Origin: a candidate division WOR-3 bacterium
GTDB taxonomy: Bacteria > Hydrothermota > Tepidihabitantia > Tepidihabitantales > Tepidihabitantaceae
Assembly (NCBI GenBank): GCA_965649295.1
Contig: CBFGKH010000003.1
Span: forward strand, 1 to 64,000
Length of the DNA stretch: 64,000 bases
Reading direction: 5' to 3'
Shown in pieces: positions 1 to 9,583 of this stretch (positions are counted from its first letter, which is position 1; each line of letters opens with the position of its first letter). The notes below the pieces were generated by a model, which saw only the letters and a list, made by a program, of their open reading frames with translations, searched no databases and was not told where the DNA came from. The translations under genes and the position numbers were made by a program.

Positions 1-235
1 GCTCTTCAGCAAACTGCTGCATGATTCTGGCAACCTCGACCCGCCGCTGCGGCCGCGGCAGCCCGTCAACCAGCGAGTTGAGTAAGGCTACATCAAACTG
101 CTCCTTGAGGATTATGTGGACCGGAAGTAACTGATCCTGCCTGGCAGTTGTCAGTTTCTGTTCGAGGTCAGGACTGACGAGAGCCTGGCCAGCACCAGCA
201 AGCATGACCAGAGCTATGAGAACAACTTTCTGCAC
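1..235 (-). CDS. Secreted protein, N-terminal part only (runs off window); signal peptide plus probable S8/subtilisin-like propeptide
   Basis: Manual translation from GTG at 235 with AAGGAGG RBS: MQKVVLIALVMLAGAGQALVSPDLEQKLTTARQDQLLPVHIILKEQFD...VARIMQQFAEE; resembles bacillopeptidase-type prodomains (inference). Confidence 0.7.
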   Translation of the reverse strand, partial: MQKVVLIALVMLAGAGQALVSPDLEQKLTTARQDQLLPVHIILKEQFDVALLNSLVDGLPRPQRRVEVARIMQQFAEE

Positions 236-320
236 ACCTGCCTCCTTATTAGCGGTGGCTTCGGACTTGATAACGGACAAGCAGTAGGCTTACCCAGCAG
301 AAACTGGCGCCTTAACATAG

Positions 321-348
321 ATTATAGTAGGCACCTAGTGACCGTCAA
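321..348 (-). promoter_or_regulatory. sigma70-type promoter TTGACG-N16-TATAAT for the secreted protein gene
   Basis: Near-consensus hexamers read on minus strand about 85 nt upstream of start. Confidence 0.7.
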
Positions 349-612
349 CAACTGATTCGCCCTTCGACGAACCGCCACAGCCATATCCGACCAACTCACC
401 CACCAAGCACCCATCTAGCTCGCAAGCCGACAGCACCAGCAACTACCTCCGGCACTCACTTAGAACGTCATCAGCCGACCAGACTCGCAGTCAGCGTCCC
501 AACCGACCAGACAGCTTCCTAGGCCAGCCGTATTGCTGCTGGCTCTGCCATTCAACTTGCGACTTCATGGTTAGTTGCATAAGCAAGCCCAGCCGCACGT
601 CGGTTCGCCAAA
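349..612. repeat. Degenerate 12-bp (4-bp sub-period) tandem array
   Basis: Consecutive 12-mers from 385 end in caact, caagc, tagct, cgaca, caact, gcact, aacgt, cgacc, cagtc, caacc, cagct, ccagc, ctgct, ccatt, cgact, tagtt, caagc. Confidence 0.55.
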
Positions 613-647
613 GAGGCCGTAACACGCCTTGCGATTGACTCCGGGGG

Positions 648-1967
648 TCACTCCCCCCTTGGCTGCAAGCAGTGCTGACCTGTCCAACGATAAAGACCCG
701 CAGCCGCGCTGAGATAGACTAGCGGCATCACCGGGACCCGGAACCGGCCGTCCGTGAACGGACCGACTGCCACCACAAGACAGAGAACTATTCCCAACGG
801 TAATAGTACCCTAACGCGAGTCCGACGATAGAACAGAGCGAGGAGGGCGAGCAGTAGCGAACCTGACGTCAACACCAGTTCGATAAGCGAAAGCCCGACG
901 ACAGCTGTCCGTTCAACTCCGCCGGCAGACCGAAGCCTCCGTCCAAGACTTGCCTCATAGCCAGTCCGGGCCCCCTCAGTCAGAAACCCCACCAGCTCAT
1001 CTGACTTGGTGCCGGTCATCGTCCAAGCTACACCTCGCAGAATCAGCCCAATATAGCGCAGTGGGTCGCCACTGATGATTCGCAAAGCCCGGCGCTCAAG
1101 CAGCTCGGCTGCCCGCAGCGGATTTGTCTCACTCTCCGGCAACGCAGCCTGGCTGGCCAGTAACGACCTAGCACTGTCACGCGCGATCCCCTGTTGGTCG
1201 GCGACAACCGCCGCTGCATTTGAATAGAGCAGATTGAACGCTCCATTCGAGCCGAAACTGAATCGGTGATAGTGCAGCCAGTTACGGCCACACCAGAGCG
1301 CCGGGAGTAGAACGAACGCGGTAATCAGCCTAATTGCTCTGTTCGAGCCGTGTTGACGAATAGCAGCAACTGCAAAAGGCAGAATCAAGATCATGCCAAC
1401 CGGACGAACCAGTGCGGCAGTTCCCAGCGCGAGCCCGGTCAAAGATGACCAGCCACGTTCGTGCAGGACGACTGCCAAGACAACGAGTGCCGCAAAGAGG
1501 GTTTCTGACATGACTAACCCAGCATAGAACAAGCTGGGCACATCAATCGCTAGCAGCCCAGCCGCTACTATTCCAACAAGCCAACCGAACCAGTGCCAGC
1601 CCAGCCAGCCGACACCAAGAACACTCAGTCCGCCGAGCAGGGCCTGAAAAGCCACTATTACCGGTATACGGCCACAGCAGAACCGAATCAGCAACGGATA
1701 CCCTGGTGGCCGAAAAGTGTTCGGTCTGCCGTCCCAGTGATAAGCTGGCAGGCTGCGCGCGAGCAATAGGTACTGCTGAGAATCGCTGAGCTCCATCAGG
1801 CCGGTGCGCAGATAATCAATCTCGCCCTTGGGCTGCTTGGGAATCTCTTCATACCACGCATAGTAGTTCTGGCGCAGCGAGAAACCCAGCCACATTCGTA
1901 GCACAACAGCAATGGCAGCAACCGCGAGGAGTGTTGCTGTCTTATGCCGCAGAAATATTGGCGGCAT
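648..1967 (-). CDS. GT-C fold membrane glycosyltransferase (ArnT/PMT-like, GT39/83)
   Basis: Multi-TM; D..QY, FRPPGYPL, MSETLF, ALVRP, RFRVP motifs. Confidence 0.8.
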   Translation of the reverse strand: MPPIFLRHKTATLLAVAAIAVVLRMWLGFSLRQNYYAWYEEIPKQPKGEIDYLRTGLMELSDSQQYLLLARSLPAYHWDGRPNTFRPPGYPLLIRFCCGRIPVIVAFQALLGGLSVLGVGWLGWHWFGWLVGIVAAGLLAIDVPSLFYAGLVMSETLFAALVVLAVVLHERGWSSLTGLALGTAALVRPVGMILILPFAVAAIRQHGSNRAIRLITAFVLLPALWCGRNWLHYHRFSFGSNGAFNLLYSNAAAVVADQQGIARDSARSLLASQAALPESETNPLRAAELLERRALRIISGDPLRYIGLILRGVAWTMTGTKSDELVGFLTEGARTGYEASLGRRLRSAGGVERTAVVGLSLIELVLTSGSLLLALLALFYRRTRVRVLLPLGIVLCLVVAVGPFTDGRFRVPVMPLVYLSAAAGLYRWTGQHCLQPRGE

Positions 1968-2117
1968 GCTTACTTATAGTGCCGACACCGGACAAATCAA
2001 GTTCACATTGTCTCTGTTGCTGATATTGCCAGAATACTGCCAACAGCAGCGAGACATCTCAGCTATTAGTCTCCGGACAAATGTTTGACTGGCTGCCAAT
2101 TGTTCATAACATCTGCC

Positions 2118-2519
2118 GTGGACTACCGGCTGCTTTCAATCGGAGCCCTACTGTGCTGGGGCGCCTGGGGTTTTCTTACTAAGCTCGTCTCCAAGGACAC
2201 CTCGGCCCAGACAGTTGCTTTCTGGGCCACGCTTTCCAGCCTGCTACCCATCACCCTCTTCGCTGCTGCCAGTGGCCCCAGCCGATGGCTCAGACCATCA
2301 CCATTGGCTGTTCTGTCCGGTCTCGCAGCCGGCATTGCCACAATCTGTTTCTATCTTGCTATCAAGCGGGGGCCGGCCTCGGTCGTGATGCCGCTGACCG
2401 GTATGTACATCTTGATTCCGGCTCTGCTCGGGATTGTCATCCTGAAAGAACCCATAAGCGTCTCCCACATCCTCGGTCTCGTTTGCGCAGCACTAGCAGT
2501 CTTCTTTCTGACCCGTTGA
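2118..2519 (+). CDS. EamA/DMT family small transporter
   Basis: WG.WGFL.K, FYLAIKRGPASVVMPL, LKEPIS motifs; likely GTG start at 2118 just after TTGACT-N16-TAACAT. Confidence 0.85.
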   Translation: MDYRLLSIGALLCWGAWGFLTKLVSKDTSAQTVAFWATLSSLLPITLFAAASGPSRWLRPSPLAVLSGLAAGIATICFYLAIKRGPASVVMPLTGMYILIPALLGIVILKEPISVSHILGLVCAALAVFFLTR

Positions 2520-2657
2520 CCGAATAGGAATTGTTGGTTCTGCTCGCAGCTCGTGGCCTCTGGCTAGGGACTCCGCTTCGCGCTGCTCGGGATGAAAATG
2601 GGTTCGGCTTTGCGCCTTATCTGTTCTTAGTATTCCAGTACTAGCTACCCTGGCCGG

Positions 2658-3722
2658 CTAACTGTTCGCCTTGCGAGTCAGCTCGAACAGTAGCCCGCCA
2701 GCCAAGGACAGGCCGGCAGCAACGAACATGACGACACGATAGCCGAACGCTCCAGTAATACCAACCAGTAGTCCACCACCAACTGCAGCCAAACTTGCTA
2801 CCGAATTGAACATCCCGGCGACGGTTGACCGTTCCGGATTCAGGCGCAGCAGCTCCTTAAGTGAACCAAGATACAGACACGACCAGGAAAGCGCCAGCGC
2901 GACCTGAATCGGAATGACCCAGATGTAGCTTGGCGCTACGCCAAAAGCGAGGAAAACAACCGTCGAGAGAATGAAACCCCATAGTATCAAGACCCGCTCG
3001 CCTGCCTTCTCCAGTAGATTCATGAAAAGGAACTGGCCAAATGGGTTGATGGCGAATACTGCGCCAACCCAGAACCGGTTAGCTCCTAAGTCAGCAAGAT
3101 AGACCGGAAAGATCGCCCAGATTGAAAAGGCTCCAGTGTGGCGCAAAAAGAACGATAGGTAAATCCGCCAGTTCCGACGCAGGACGCGCGTATCAATGAA
3201 CGGCTGACTGAGCCGCGAACGCTGCGGTCTGAGCGTTAGTGCAGCAGCAACTGTCGTCAGTGCCATCACCGCCGCCGCTACCGGGAAAACCAAGTCCACT
3301 GGCAGCAGCCCGAGCCCCAGCGCACCAATGCCCCACCCGAGCGACCCGAACCCGACAAAACGACCGAGTAGCGTGCTCCGGTCGTAGAAATAGGCCATCA
3401 ATGCTGCCGGGAAGATGCCAGCGCAAACACCAGCAACGGCCCGGGCCAGGAACAGTCCTCCAAGATTTCTGGCTAAAGCGTGACCGGCCAAGGCAACTGC
3501 CGAAGCCGCCATTCCCAGAACTACGAACTGTTTCCGATCACCAAAATCTGCCCAACGACCAAAGAGCATGCTCGACAGGAGCATGGCTGATTGATACACA
3601 CCGACCAGCAATCCAATCTGCTGGCTGCCGGCTCCAAACTCGCGGGCCAGCAATGGCACGAGGACAATCGCTGCCATCAGGCTGCTGTTAGTAAGAAGCT
3701 GGATAAAATAGGGCCAGACCAG
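2658..3722 (-). CDS. MFS transporter
   Basis: Motif A (GRWADFGDRK), about 12 TM; frame is open upstream of ATG 3677 to a CTG at 3722 preceded by GGAG. Confidence 0.85.
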   Translation of the reverse strand: MVWPYFIQLLTNSSLMAAIVLVPLLAREFGAGSQQIGLLVGVYQSAMLLSSMLFGRWADFGDRKQFVVLGMAASAVALAGHALARNLGGLFLARAVAGVCAGIFPAALMAYFYDRSTLLGRFVGFGSLGWGIGALGLGLLPVDLVFPVAAAVMALTTVAAALTLRPQRSRLSQPFIDTRVLRRNWRIYLSFFLRHTGAFSIWAIFPVYLADLGANRFWVGAVFAINPFGQFLFMNLLEKAGERVLILWGFILSTVVFLAFGVAPSYIWVIPIQVALALSWSCLYLGSLKELLRLNPERSTVAGMFNSVASLAAVGGGLLVGITGAFGYRVVMFVAAGLSLAGGLLFELTRKANS

Positions 3723-3734
3723 AAGACTTCTCCG

Positions 3735-5477
3735 CTAGCGCCGACCAGTTCCGAACAGCCTATTCACTGGCTGGTTTTGGTACCAACAGAGGAGTGAATC
3801 GGCCTCTCTCAGCAGCCCGCGCTCGACCAAAGCAGCAGCTCGCTGGGAAACAAAGTAGTGGTATCGGTTCAGACTGAGCCGGGTCCGCTCATCTAACTGA
3901 TGCAACGGCAGCCGGATGCGCCACTGCCGATAGTCAAACTCGGGCAAAACCGAATCGGTCCGCAGCTCAAACAAGAGCCCCACCGGCACTCTCAACATCT
4001 GTGGCAGTAACTCACGCGCATCCTGGTCCGCGCCAGCCGCAAACGTCGTGTAGGCTGCACGCTCAGAGTTGCGTTCGACAAAACTGGCAATCATTCGGAT
4101 AAACGCTCGCTGGATGCCGGCTGGGTCTCGTAACCGACCGTGCTCAAACTGATCCAGCCACTCAAGATACGCCTCGACTTCGGACCGCGACCGCTCAATT
4201 AGCCAAGGATACTGCCGGGCAAGATAGCCAAAGTACCATGACCGACGCAGCAGTTCCTTGTCGATGATGCAAAGGTCAGGCCGGACACCTTCGACATGCT
4301 GCAGGTAGAAACTCGGTGCGTAGAAGTCCCAGAAGTCGGTCAGGATTATCGCATTGGCCCGTGCTGACGCCAGCGTATTCTCCGCCGCATCGAGCGCAAT
4401 GTAGTCACCACGCCTGCTCGCCACTCGAGCATTGAGAGCGAGTGCTACCAGCGGCAGCGCAAGAATGAGTGTCTGCCACCGACCGATTCGTCGAACCAAT
4501 GCCTGAAGCCCGAAAGCCGCAAAGACCAAGAGCACGAACAGACAGGGCAGGTAGTAAGCATCAATGTCTGGAATGCTGTAGTTCACTGCGTAGGCAAACG
4601 AGACCAGGGCCGCGACACCAAGTCCTGCAGCCAGCCCCGGCCGCTCGCGTCCGAGCCGGAACGCACCGTACACCGCGACTGGCACGCCAACATAGAGCAG
4701 CGCTTGCGCCAACAACACGGCTCCCCTAGCTGCATTGCGCAGGACTTCAGCCACCGGCGTCGAAAACATCCAGACCTGGTACTGCTTACCAGTAACGTGC
4801 CACCAGAGCCGCTCGATGTTGTGCGGGTTTCCCCAAGCTAGCAGTGGCCTAGCCCATGTTCGTAGCACCAGAAAAAGATAGAGCGACAATCCGAGGACAA
4901 ACATCGCACCCAGCAGCGGCAACTGGCGACGAACATCGAATCGGTTGGCGATTGCGACACAGAGAACCGCACCGAGCACCGCGCTAGCTACCGACATGTG
5001 GTTTGTTAGCGCCAGACCGCAAAGAAATGAAAAAAACAGCAACTCACGACCGCGCTCGGCCCGCTCCGTTGCCAGCCAAAGTACTCCAAGGATGGCCAGC
5101 GTCAGCGCGTGGACTTCGACGTCCACTGCTACCGACCAGACCGGAAGAGAAAAACCCAGCAACAGCACCGTTGCCGCAGCAACTACTTGTGGTACCCCAA
5201 GCCGCAGCAACAGCAGCGTGAACAGACCAACACCGACCGCTGTCAGTAACGCACTCATGGCTGCAACGCGGTTGACAACCGTGGCCAGCGGGACGATTGT
5301 CGCCAATCGGCCAAGCAGCGTATACAAGGGATAGCCAGTTGGATGAACGATGTTGAGTAGGTAGCAACCGGCTGCTAGTTCGCCTGAATCAATCAAGCCA
5401 ACAGTCGGCGATAGCGTCAGCAGATAGGCCGCCAGCGTGAGCCCAAGAACCACCGGAATCGGCCACCAACGTCTCAT
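3735..5477 (-). CDS. DUF2723 / TMEM260-like GT-C protein (putative protein O-mannosyltransferase)
   Basis: PTV..IDSGEL, HPTGYPLY, EVH, NH, WGNP motifs; start probably ATG 5477 (ORF track 5516). Confidence 0.85.
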   Translation of the reverse strand: MRRWWPIPVVLGLTLAAYLLTLSPTVGLIDSGELAAGCYLLNIVHPTGYPLYTLLGRLATIVPLATVVNRVAAMSALLTAVGVGLFTLLLLRLGVPQVVAAATVLLLGFSLPVWSVAVDVEVHALTLAILGVLWLATERAERGRELLFFSFLCGLALTNHMSVASAVLGAVLCVAIANRFDVRRQLPLLGAMFVLGLSLYLFLVLRTWARPLLAWGNPHNIERLWWHVTGKQYQVWMFSTPVAEVLRNAARGAVLLAQALLYVGVPVAVYGAFRLGRERPGLAAGLGVAALVSFAYAVNYSIPDIDAYYLPCLFVLLVFAAFGLQALVRRIGRWQTLILALPLVALALNARVASRRGDYIALDAAENTLASARANAIILTDFWDFYAPSFYLQHVEGVRPDLCIIDKELLRRSWYFGYLARQYPWLIERSRSEVEAYLEWLDQFEHGRLRDPAGIQRAFIRMIASFVERNSERAAYTTFAAGADQDARELLPQMLRVPVGLLFELRTDSVLPEFDYRQWRIRLPLHQLDERTRLSLNRYHYFVSQRAAALVERGLLREADSLLCWYQNQPVNRLFGTGRR

Positions 5478-5563
5478 CGCCGCGGATGAAATAGCCGTAC
5501 CCCAACCGTTCGGCACAAAGACGCAGGCAGACTGACGAACCTGTCACCTATTACTGGCACCAG

Positions 5564-6268
5564 TCACTCACCCAGATAGGCGGATTTCACCCGGGGATCG
5601 TTGAGCAGTTCGGTTGCCGGCCCGGCGTATGTGACCTTGCCAGTCTGCAGCACATAGGCCCGTTGAGCAACACGCAGCGCCATACTGGCATTCTGTTCAA
5701 CGAGCAGAATCGCCGTACCCTGACTATTTATTTCCTTAATGATGCTGAATATCTCGCGCACCAGTATCGGCGAAAGGCCCATTGACGGCTCGTCCAAACA
5801 GAGCAGTCGTGGCCTTGCCATCAGACCCCTGCCCATCGCCAGCATCTGCAACTCACCGCCGGAAAGTGTCCCCGCCGGCTGATTGAGCCGCTCACGCAGT
5901 CTGGGAAACGAACGAAACACCCGTGCCAGCGCATCAGCAATCTCCTGCCGGGGCCGATTGTATGCTCCCAACAGCAAGTTCTCGCGGACCGTCAGCAGGG
6001 CAAAGGGCTTCCTCCCTTCCGGAACATGCACGAGACCAAGCCCTGTCACTTGGTGTCCGGGCAACCCATCAATTCGCCGACCGTTGAATACGATCGTGCC
6101 AGCCCGCGGACGCAAGAGACCGGAAAGAGTTCGTAGGATTGTACTCTTGCCCGCGCCGTTGGCCCCAATCAGAGTGACAATCTCACCCCCAGGGACAGCG
6201 AACGAAACCCCGTGCAGAGCACGAATTGCACCGTAGTCAACGACCAGCTCATTGACTTCGAGCAGCAT
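5564..6268 (-). CDS. livF: Branched-chain amino acid ABC transporter ATPase
   Basis: GANGAGKS, VPEGR, LSGGE, LDEPSMGL, LVEQN. Confidence 0.95.
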   Translation of the reverse strand: MLLEVNELVVDYGAIRALHGVSFAVPGGEIVTLIGANGAGKSTILRTLSGLLRPRAGTIVFNGRRIDGLPGHQVTGLGLVHVPEGRKPFALLTVRENLLLGAYNRPRQEIADALARVFRSFPRLRERLNQPAGTLSGGELQMLAMGRGLMARPRLLCLDEPSMGLSPILVREIFSIIKEINSQGTAILLVEQNASMALRVAQRAYVLQTGKVTYAGPATELLNDPRVKSAYLGE

Positions 6269-7039
6269 CTATGCCTCGGTCCTACCCAGATAGGCTTCAA
6301 TCACCTTGGGGTCCTGGCGCACTTCTTCGGGTGCACCCTCGGCAATGACCGTGCCGAAATCCATCACTGCCACCCGACGGCAAACCCCCATCACCACCCG
6401 CATTTGGTGCTCGATGAGCAACAGGGTCAGCTTGAACCGGTCGTGCAGGAAACCGATTAGCTCCATCAGCCTACCTGCCTCAAAAGGGTTCATTCCGGCT
6501 GCCGGTTCGTCGAGCAGGAGAATCCTTGGCTCAGCAACCAAGGCCCGGGCGATCTCTACTCGCCGCTGCTCACCATACGGAAGATTGCAGGCCAGTTCGT
6601 CACGCCGCGACTCTAGTCCCAGCACTGCCAGAAGCTCCATTGCCCGCTCCGTTGCTTGCTCTTCCTCGCGCTGAAACCGTGACAGCCGCAGCACTGTCGG
6701 TACTATCCCTGCCGCGCCACGATGATGGAAAGCCACGCGCACATTATCAAGCACTGATAGCCCACCGAACAGCCGGATGTTCTGAAACGTCCGAGCGATG
6801 CCCTGCTGGTAGATACGAAACGGCGACTGGCCGGCAATGTTGTTCCCATTGAAGATGATCTCGCCTTCTGTCGGCTTGTATAGACCGGTAATCAGGTTGA
6901 AGACAGTTGTCTTGCCCGCGCCATTCGGGCCAATCAGGCCACAGAGCTCGCCCGGCGCCAGCACAAGATTGAACTTGCTCACCGCAACCAACCCGCCGAA
7001 TCTCTTAGTCAGATTGCGAATCTCTAGTAGAACACTCAC
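6269..7039 (-). CDS. livG: Branched-chain amino acid ABC transporter ATPase
   Basis: GPNGAGKTT, ARTFQNIRLF, LPYG, LDEPAAG, VIEAYLG. Confidence 0.95.
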   Translation of the reverse strand: MSVLLEIRNLTKRFGGLVAVSKFNLVLAPGELCGLIGPNGAGKTTVFNLITGLYKPTEGEIIFNGNNIAGQSPFRIYQQGIARTFQNIRLFGGLSVLDNVRVAFHHRGAAGIVPTVLRLSRFQREEEQATERAMELLAVLGLESRRDELACNLPYGEQRRVEIARALVAEPRILLLDEPAAGMNPFEAGRLMELIGFLHDRFKLTLLLIEHQMRVVMGVCRRVAVMDFGTVIAEGAPEEVRQDPKVIEAYLGRTEA

Positions 7040-8022
7040 CGCACTCTCCCGCCTGGCCGCAAGAACGCGAACTCTGTACCGGCAAAAATGCCGCCGGGAC
7101 GCACGAGCATGAAAACTATCAACAGCAGCGGATAGATGACCCAGCGCCAGTCCTGCATCGCCGGTGGCAGAACCAGCCGCAACCCTTCGAGCAGGAATGT
7201 CCAGGCCACTGCTGCCACCAGTGTGCCCGAGATGCTGCCCAAACCACCTAGTACGACAATTAGTAGGACATCGATTGACTTGAGGAAATCGAAGTTGGCA
7301 GGGTGCAGAAACGCATAGAGATGAGCATACAGCCCTCCCGCCAGCCCAGCGTACATGCAGCCAATGACAAACCCCAGTGTCTTGTAGCGAGTCGAATCTA
7401 TTCCAACCGCCTCGGCCGCCAGCTCATCCTCCCGTACCGCGACGAGCGCCCGACCAATCCCCGAGAACACCAAATTGCGAAGTACAATAACCGCCAGTAG
7501 CGCCAGGATGAACGTCCACGCAAACGTCGTCAGCTTGGGAATGGCGCTCATACCGCGCGAACCGCCCATCGCTGGAATCACCTTGTCGGAATTATCAAAG
7601 AGCACCTTGACAATTATCCCAAACCCGAGCGTGGCAATACCAAGATAATCTGACCTAAGCCGGAGTATCGGCAGGCCAATCAACAACGCCACCAGTCCAG
7701 CAAGAATCACGCCGGCAAAGAGTCCGACCGGCAGCAACCAAACTGAGCTGATGCCAACCAAACGGACAACCAGCGCCGATGTGTAGGCGCCGATACCGTA
7801 GAATGCTGCATGACCGAGCGAGAACTGGCCGGTGTAACCGTAGATGAGATTCAACCCGAGGGCCGAAATGGTCACAATGCAAGCAAGGGACATAATCTGC
7901 TGCCAGTAAGGATTAATCACACCTGCGAGTATCAATCCCTGCAGCACGACAAATGCGGCCAACGCCCAAGCTATGGCAACCAATCCCAGCCGTGTTTCAC
8001 GAGAAGTGTGTGACCGTGCCAT
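7036..8022 (-). CDS. livM: Branched-chain amino acid ABC transporter permease
   Basis: GYTGQFSLGHAAF, LRLRSDYLGIATLG, VVLGGLGS; start probably ATG 8022. Confidence 0.93.
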   Translation of the reverse strand: MARSHTSRETRLGLVAIAWALAAFVVLQGLILAGVINPYWQQIMSLACIVTISALGLNLIYGYTGQFSLGHAAFYGIGAYTSALVVRLVGISSVWLLPVGLFAGVILAGLVALLIGLPILRLRSDYLGIATLGFGIIVKVLFDNSDKVIPAMGGSRGMSAIPKLTTFAWTFILALLAVIVLRNLVFSGIGRALVAVREDELAAEAVGIDSTRYKTLGFVIGCMYAGLAGGLYAHLYAFLHPANFDFLKSIDVLLIVVLGGLGSISGTLVAAVAWTFLLEGLRLVLPPAMQDWRWVIYPLLLIVFMLVRPGGIFAGTEFAFLRPGGRVR

Positions 8023-8026
8023 GGAC

Positions 8027-8911
8027 TCAAACCTTCTCCCCTGTCGGCCGACCAAGGATTCCCGACGGCCGAATCAGCAGCACGATGATAAGCAATCCGA
8101 ACGCCATGGCGTCTCGCAAGGTGGACGACACATAGGCAGCGGTGAAAGTCTCAACTACCCCCATTATCACTGACCCCAGCATCGCCCCTGGTATCACCCC
8201 AATCCCGCCCAGCACAGCGGCAACGAATGCTTTCAACCCCGGCATCACCCCCATGAAAGGATTGATCTGGGGATAGGCGATGCCATAAAGTACGCCGCCG
8301 GCGCCGGCCAGAGCTGAACCAATACCAAAGGTCACTGAAATCACCGCATCAACGTCTATGCCCATCAACCGCGCAGTCGCGTGATCGTAGGAAACTGCCC
8401 GCATCGCCAGTCCGGTCTTGGTACGATTAACAAACCATGACAGCGCCACCATTAGTACGATCGCCACCCCGAAAACGATGACCTGAATATTCGACACCGC
8501 TAGCCCACCCACGTCGTAGGAACGTACCGTGAACGGCCGAGGAAACGCTCGATAGTCCGGCCCAAATACAAACCGCAGACTACCGAAATACTCAAGGAAC
8601 AGCGACACGCCCATTGCCGTAATCAGCGCAGCAATTCGTGGTGCGCTACGGAGTGGTCGGTACGCGACCCGTTCAATGAACACTCCCAAAACAGTACAAC
8701 CAACCATGGCGACAACAATCGCTAGCGGCCACGGTAAGCGCCAGCTCGTCAGGGCAAAGAACCCCACATAGGCGCCGACCATGAATATGTCACCGTGGGC
8801 GAAATTAATAAGCCGAACGATGCCGTAGACCATCGTATAGCCGAGCGCAATAAGGGCATAGACGAATCCAAGCTGGAGGCCGTTGATGAGCTGCTGCAGA
8901 AAATAGGTCAC
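8027..8911 (-). CDS. livH: Branched-chain amino acid ABC transporter permease
   Basis: YALIALGYTMVYG, INFAHG, KAFVAAVLGGIG; start probably GTG 8911. Confidence 0.93.
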   Translation of the reverse strand: MTYFLQQLINGLQLGFVYALIALGYTMVYGIVRLINFAHGDIFMVGAYVGFFALTSWRLPWPLAIVVAMVGCTVLGVFIERVAYRPLRSAPRIAALITAMGVSLFLEYFGSLRFVFGPDYRAFPRPFTVRSYDVGGLAVSNIQVIVFGVAIVLMVALSWFVNRTKTGLAMRAVSYDHATARLMGIDVDAVISVTFGIGSALAGAGGVLYGIAYPQINPFMGVMPGLKAFVAAVLGGIGVIPGAMLGSVIMGVVETFTAAYVSSTLRDAMAFGLLIIVLLIRPSGILGRPTGEKV

Positions 8912-9016
8912 GGCGCAATAGATAAGCGACTCCTTTGCTGAAGTCAAGCCCGGTGCCAGGACATTGACACTGGCAGCTCCGCAGCTAGACTCGGACTGAG
9001 CAACTCGGAGGCAGCA

Positions 9017-9499
9017 ATGGAACTACTCAGCATTGCCATTGACCGACCGGACGATACCAATGTGATCCTCGGCCAGGCGCATTTCATCAAGACGGTCGAG
9101 GATATCTATGAACTAATGATCACTTCTGTGCCCGGCGCAAAATTCGGCATCGCCTTCTGTGAAGCATCCGGGCCCTGCCTCGTCCGGTATACCGGTACCA
9201 ACTCCGAACTTGCCGCGGTTGCCGTCAGGAACGCCCAAGCGATTGGTGCCGGCCACAGTTTCATAATCGTGATGCGAGATATTTTCCCCATTAACGTTCT
9301 CAATGCCCTCAAGAATCTGCAGGAAGTCTGCTCCGTGTTCTGCGCCACTGCGAACCCGACTTGGGTTGTCCTGGCCGAGAACGGTACTGGTCGCGGCATC
9401 CTCGGTGTCATTGATGGCGAAAAGCCCAAAGGCGTAGAGACCGAAGCGGACCAGACCGCACGCAGGGCGTTCTTGCGCCGGATCGGTTACAAGTTCTAA
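9017..9499 (+). CDS. Adenosine-specific kinase family protein (DUF355)
   Basis: NVILGQAHFIKTVEDI, FCEASG, GAGH, CATANP, GVIDG, IGYK; RBS GGAGG; promoter TTGACA-N16-TAGACT at 8964-8991. Confidence 0.9.
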   Translation: MELLSIAIDRPDDTNVILGQAHFIKTVEDIYELMITSVPGAKFGIAFCEASGPCLVRYTGTNSELAAVAVRNAQAIGAGHSFIIVMRDIFPINVLNALKNLQEVCSVFCATANPTWVVLAENGTGRGILGVIDGEKPKGVETEADQTARRAFLRRIGYKF

Positions 9500-9515
9500 C
9501 ACGCTGGTTACTTTC

Positions 9516-9539
9516 GAGGCCGGCCTCACGGCCGGCCTC
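9516..9539. terminator. GC-rich hairpin between convergent DUF355 and ftsZ genes
   Basis: GAGGCCGGCC-tcac-GGCCGGCCTC perfect 10-bp stem. Confidence 0.7.
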
Positions 9540-9583
9540 ATACGGTCGGGGGAGGAGGCTCGTCCCCCGTGGTAATCAGAACA

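Noticed and set aside
349..612. CRISPR array interpretation of the periodic tracts (also 33925-34330)
   Set aside because: No identical 23-47 bp repeats with spacers and no cas genes
2091..2102. GGCTGCCAATTG shared with the promoter at 62861-62872
   Set aside because: Many chance 12-mer matches are expected in 64 kb; orientation and position relative to the promoters differ
2550..2620. GGTTCG T-loop-like motif in an intergenic gap
   Set aside because: No cloverleaf or acceptor stem could be formed
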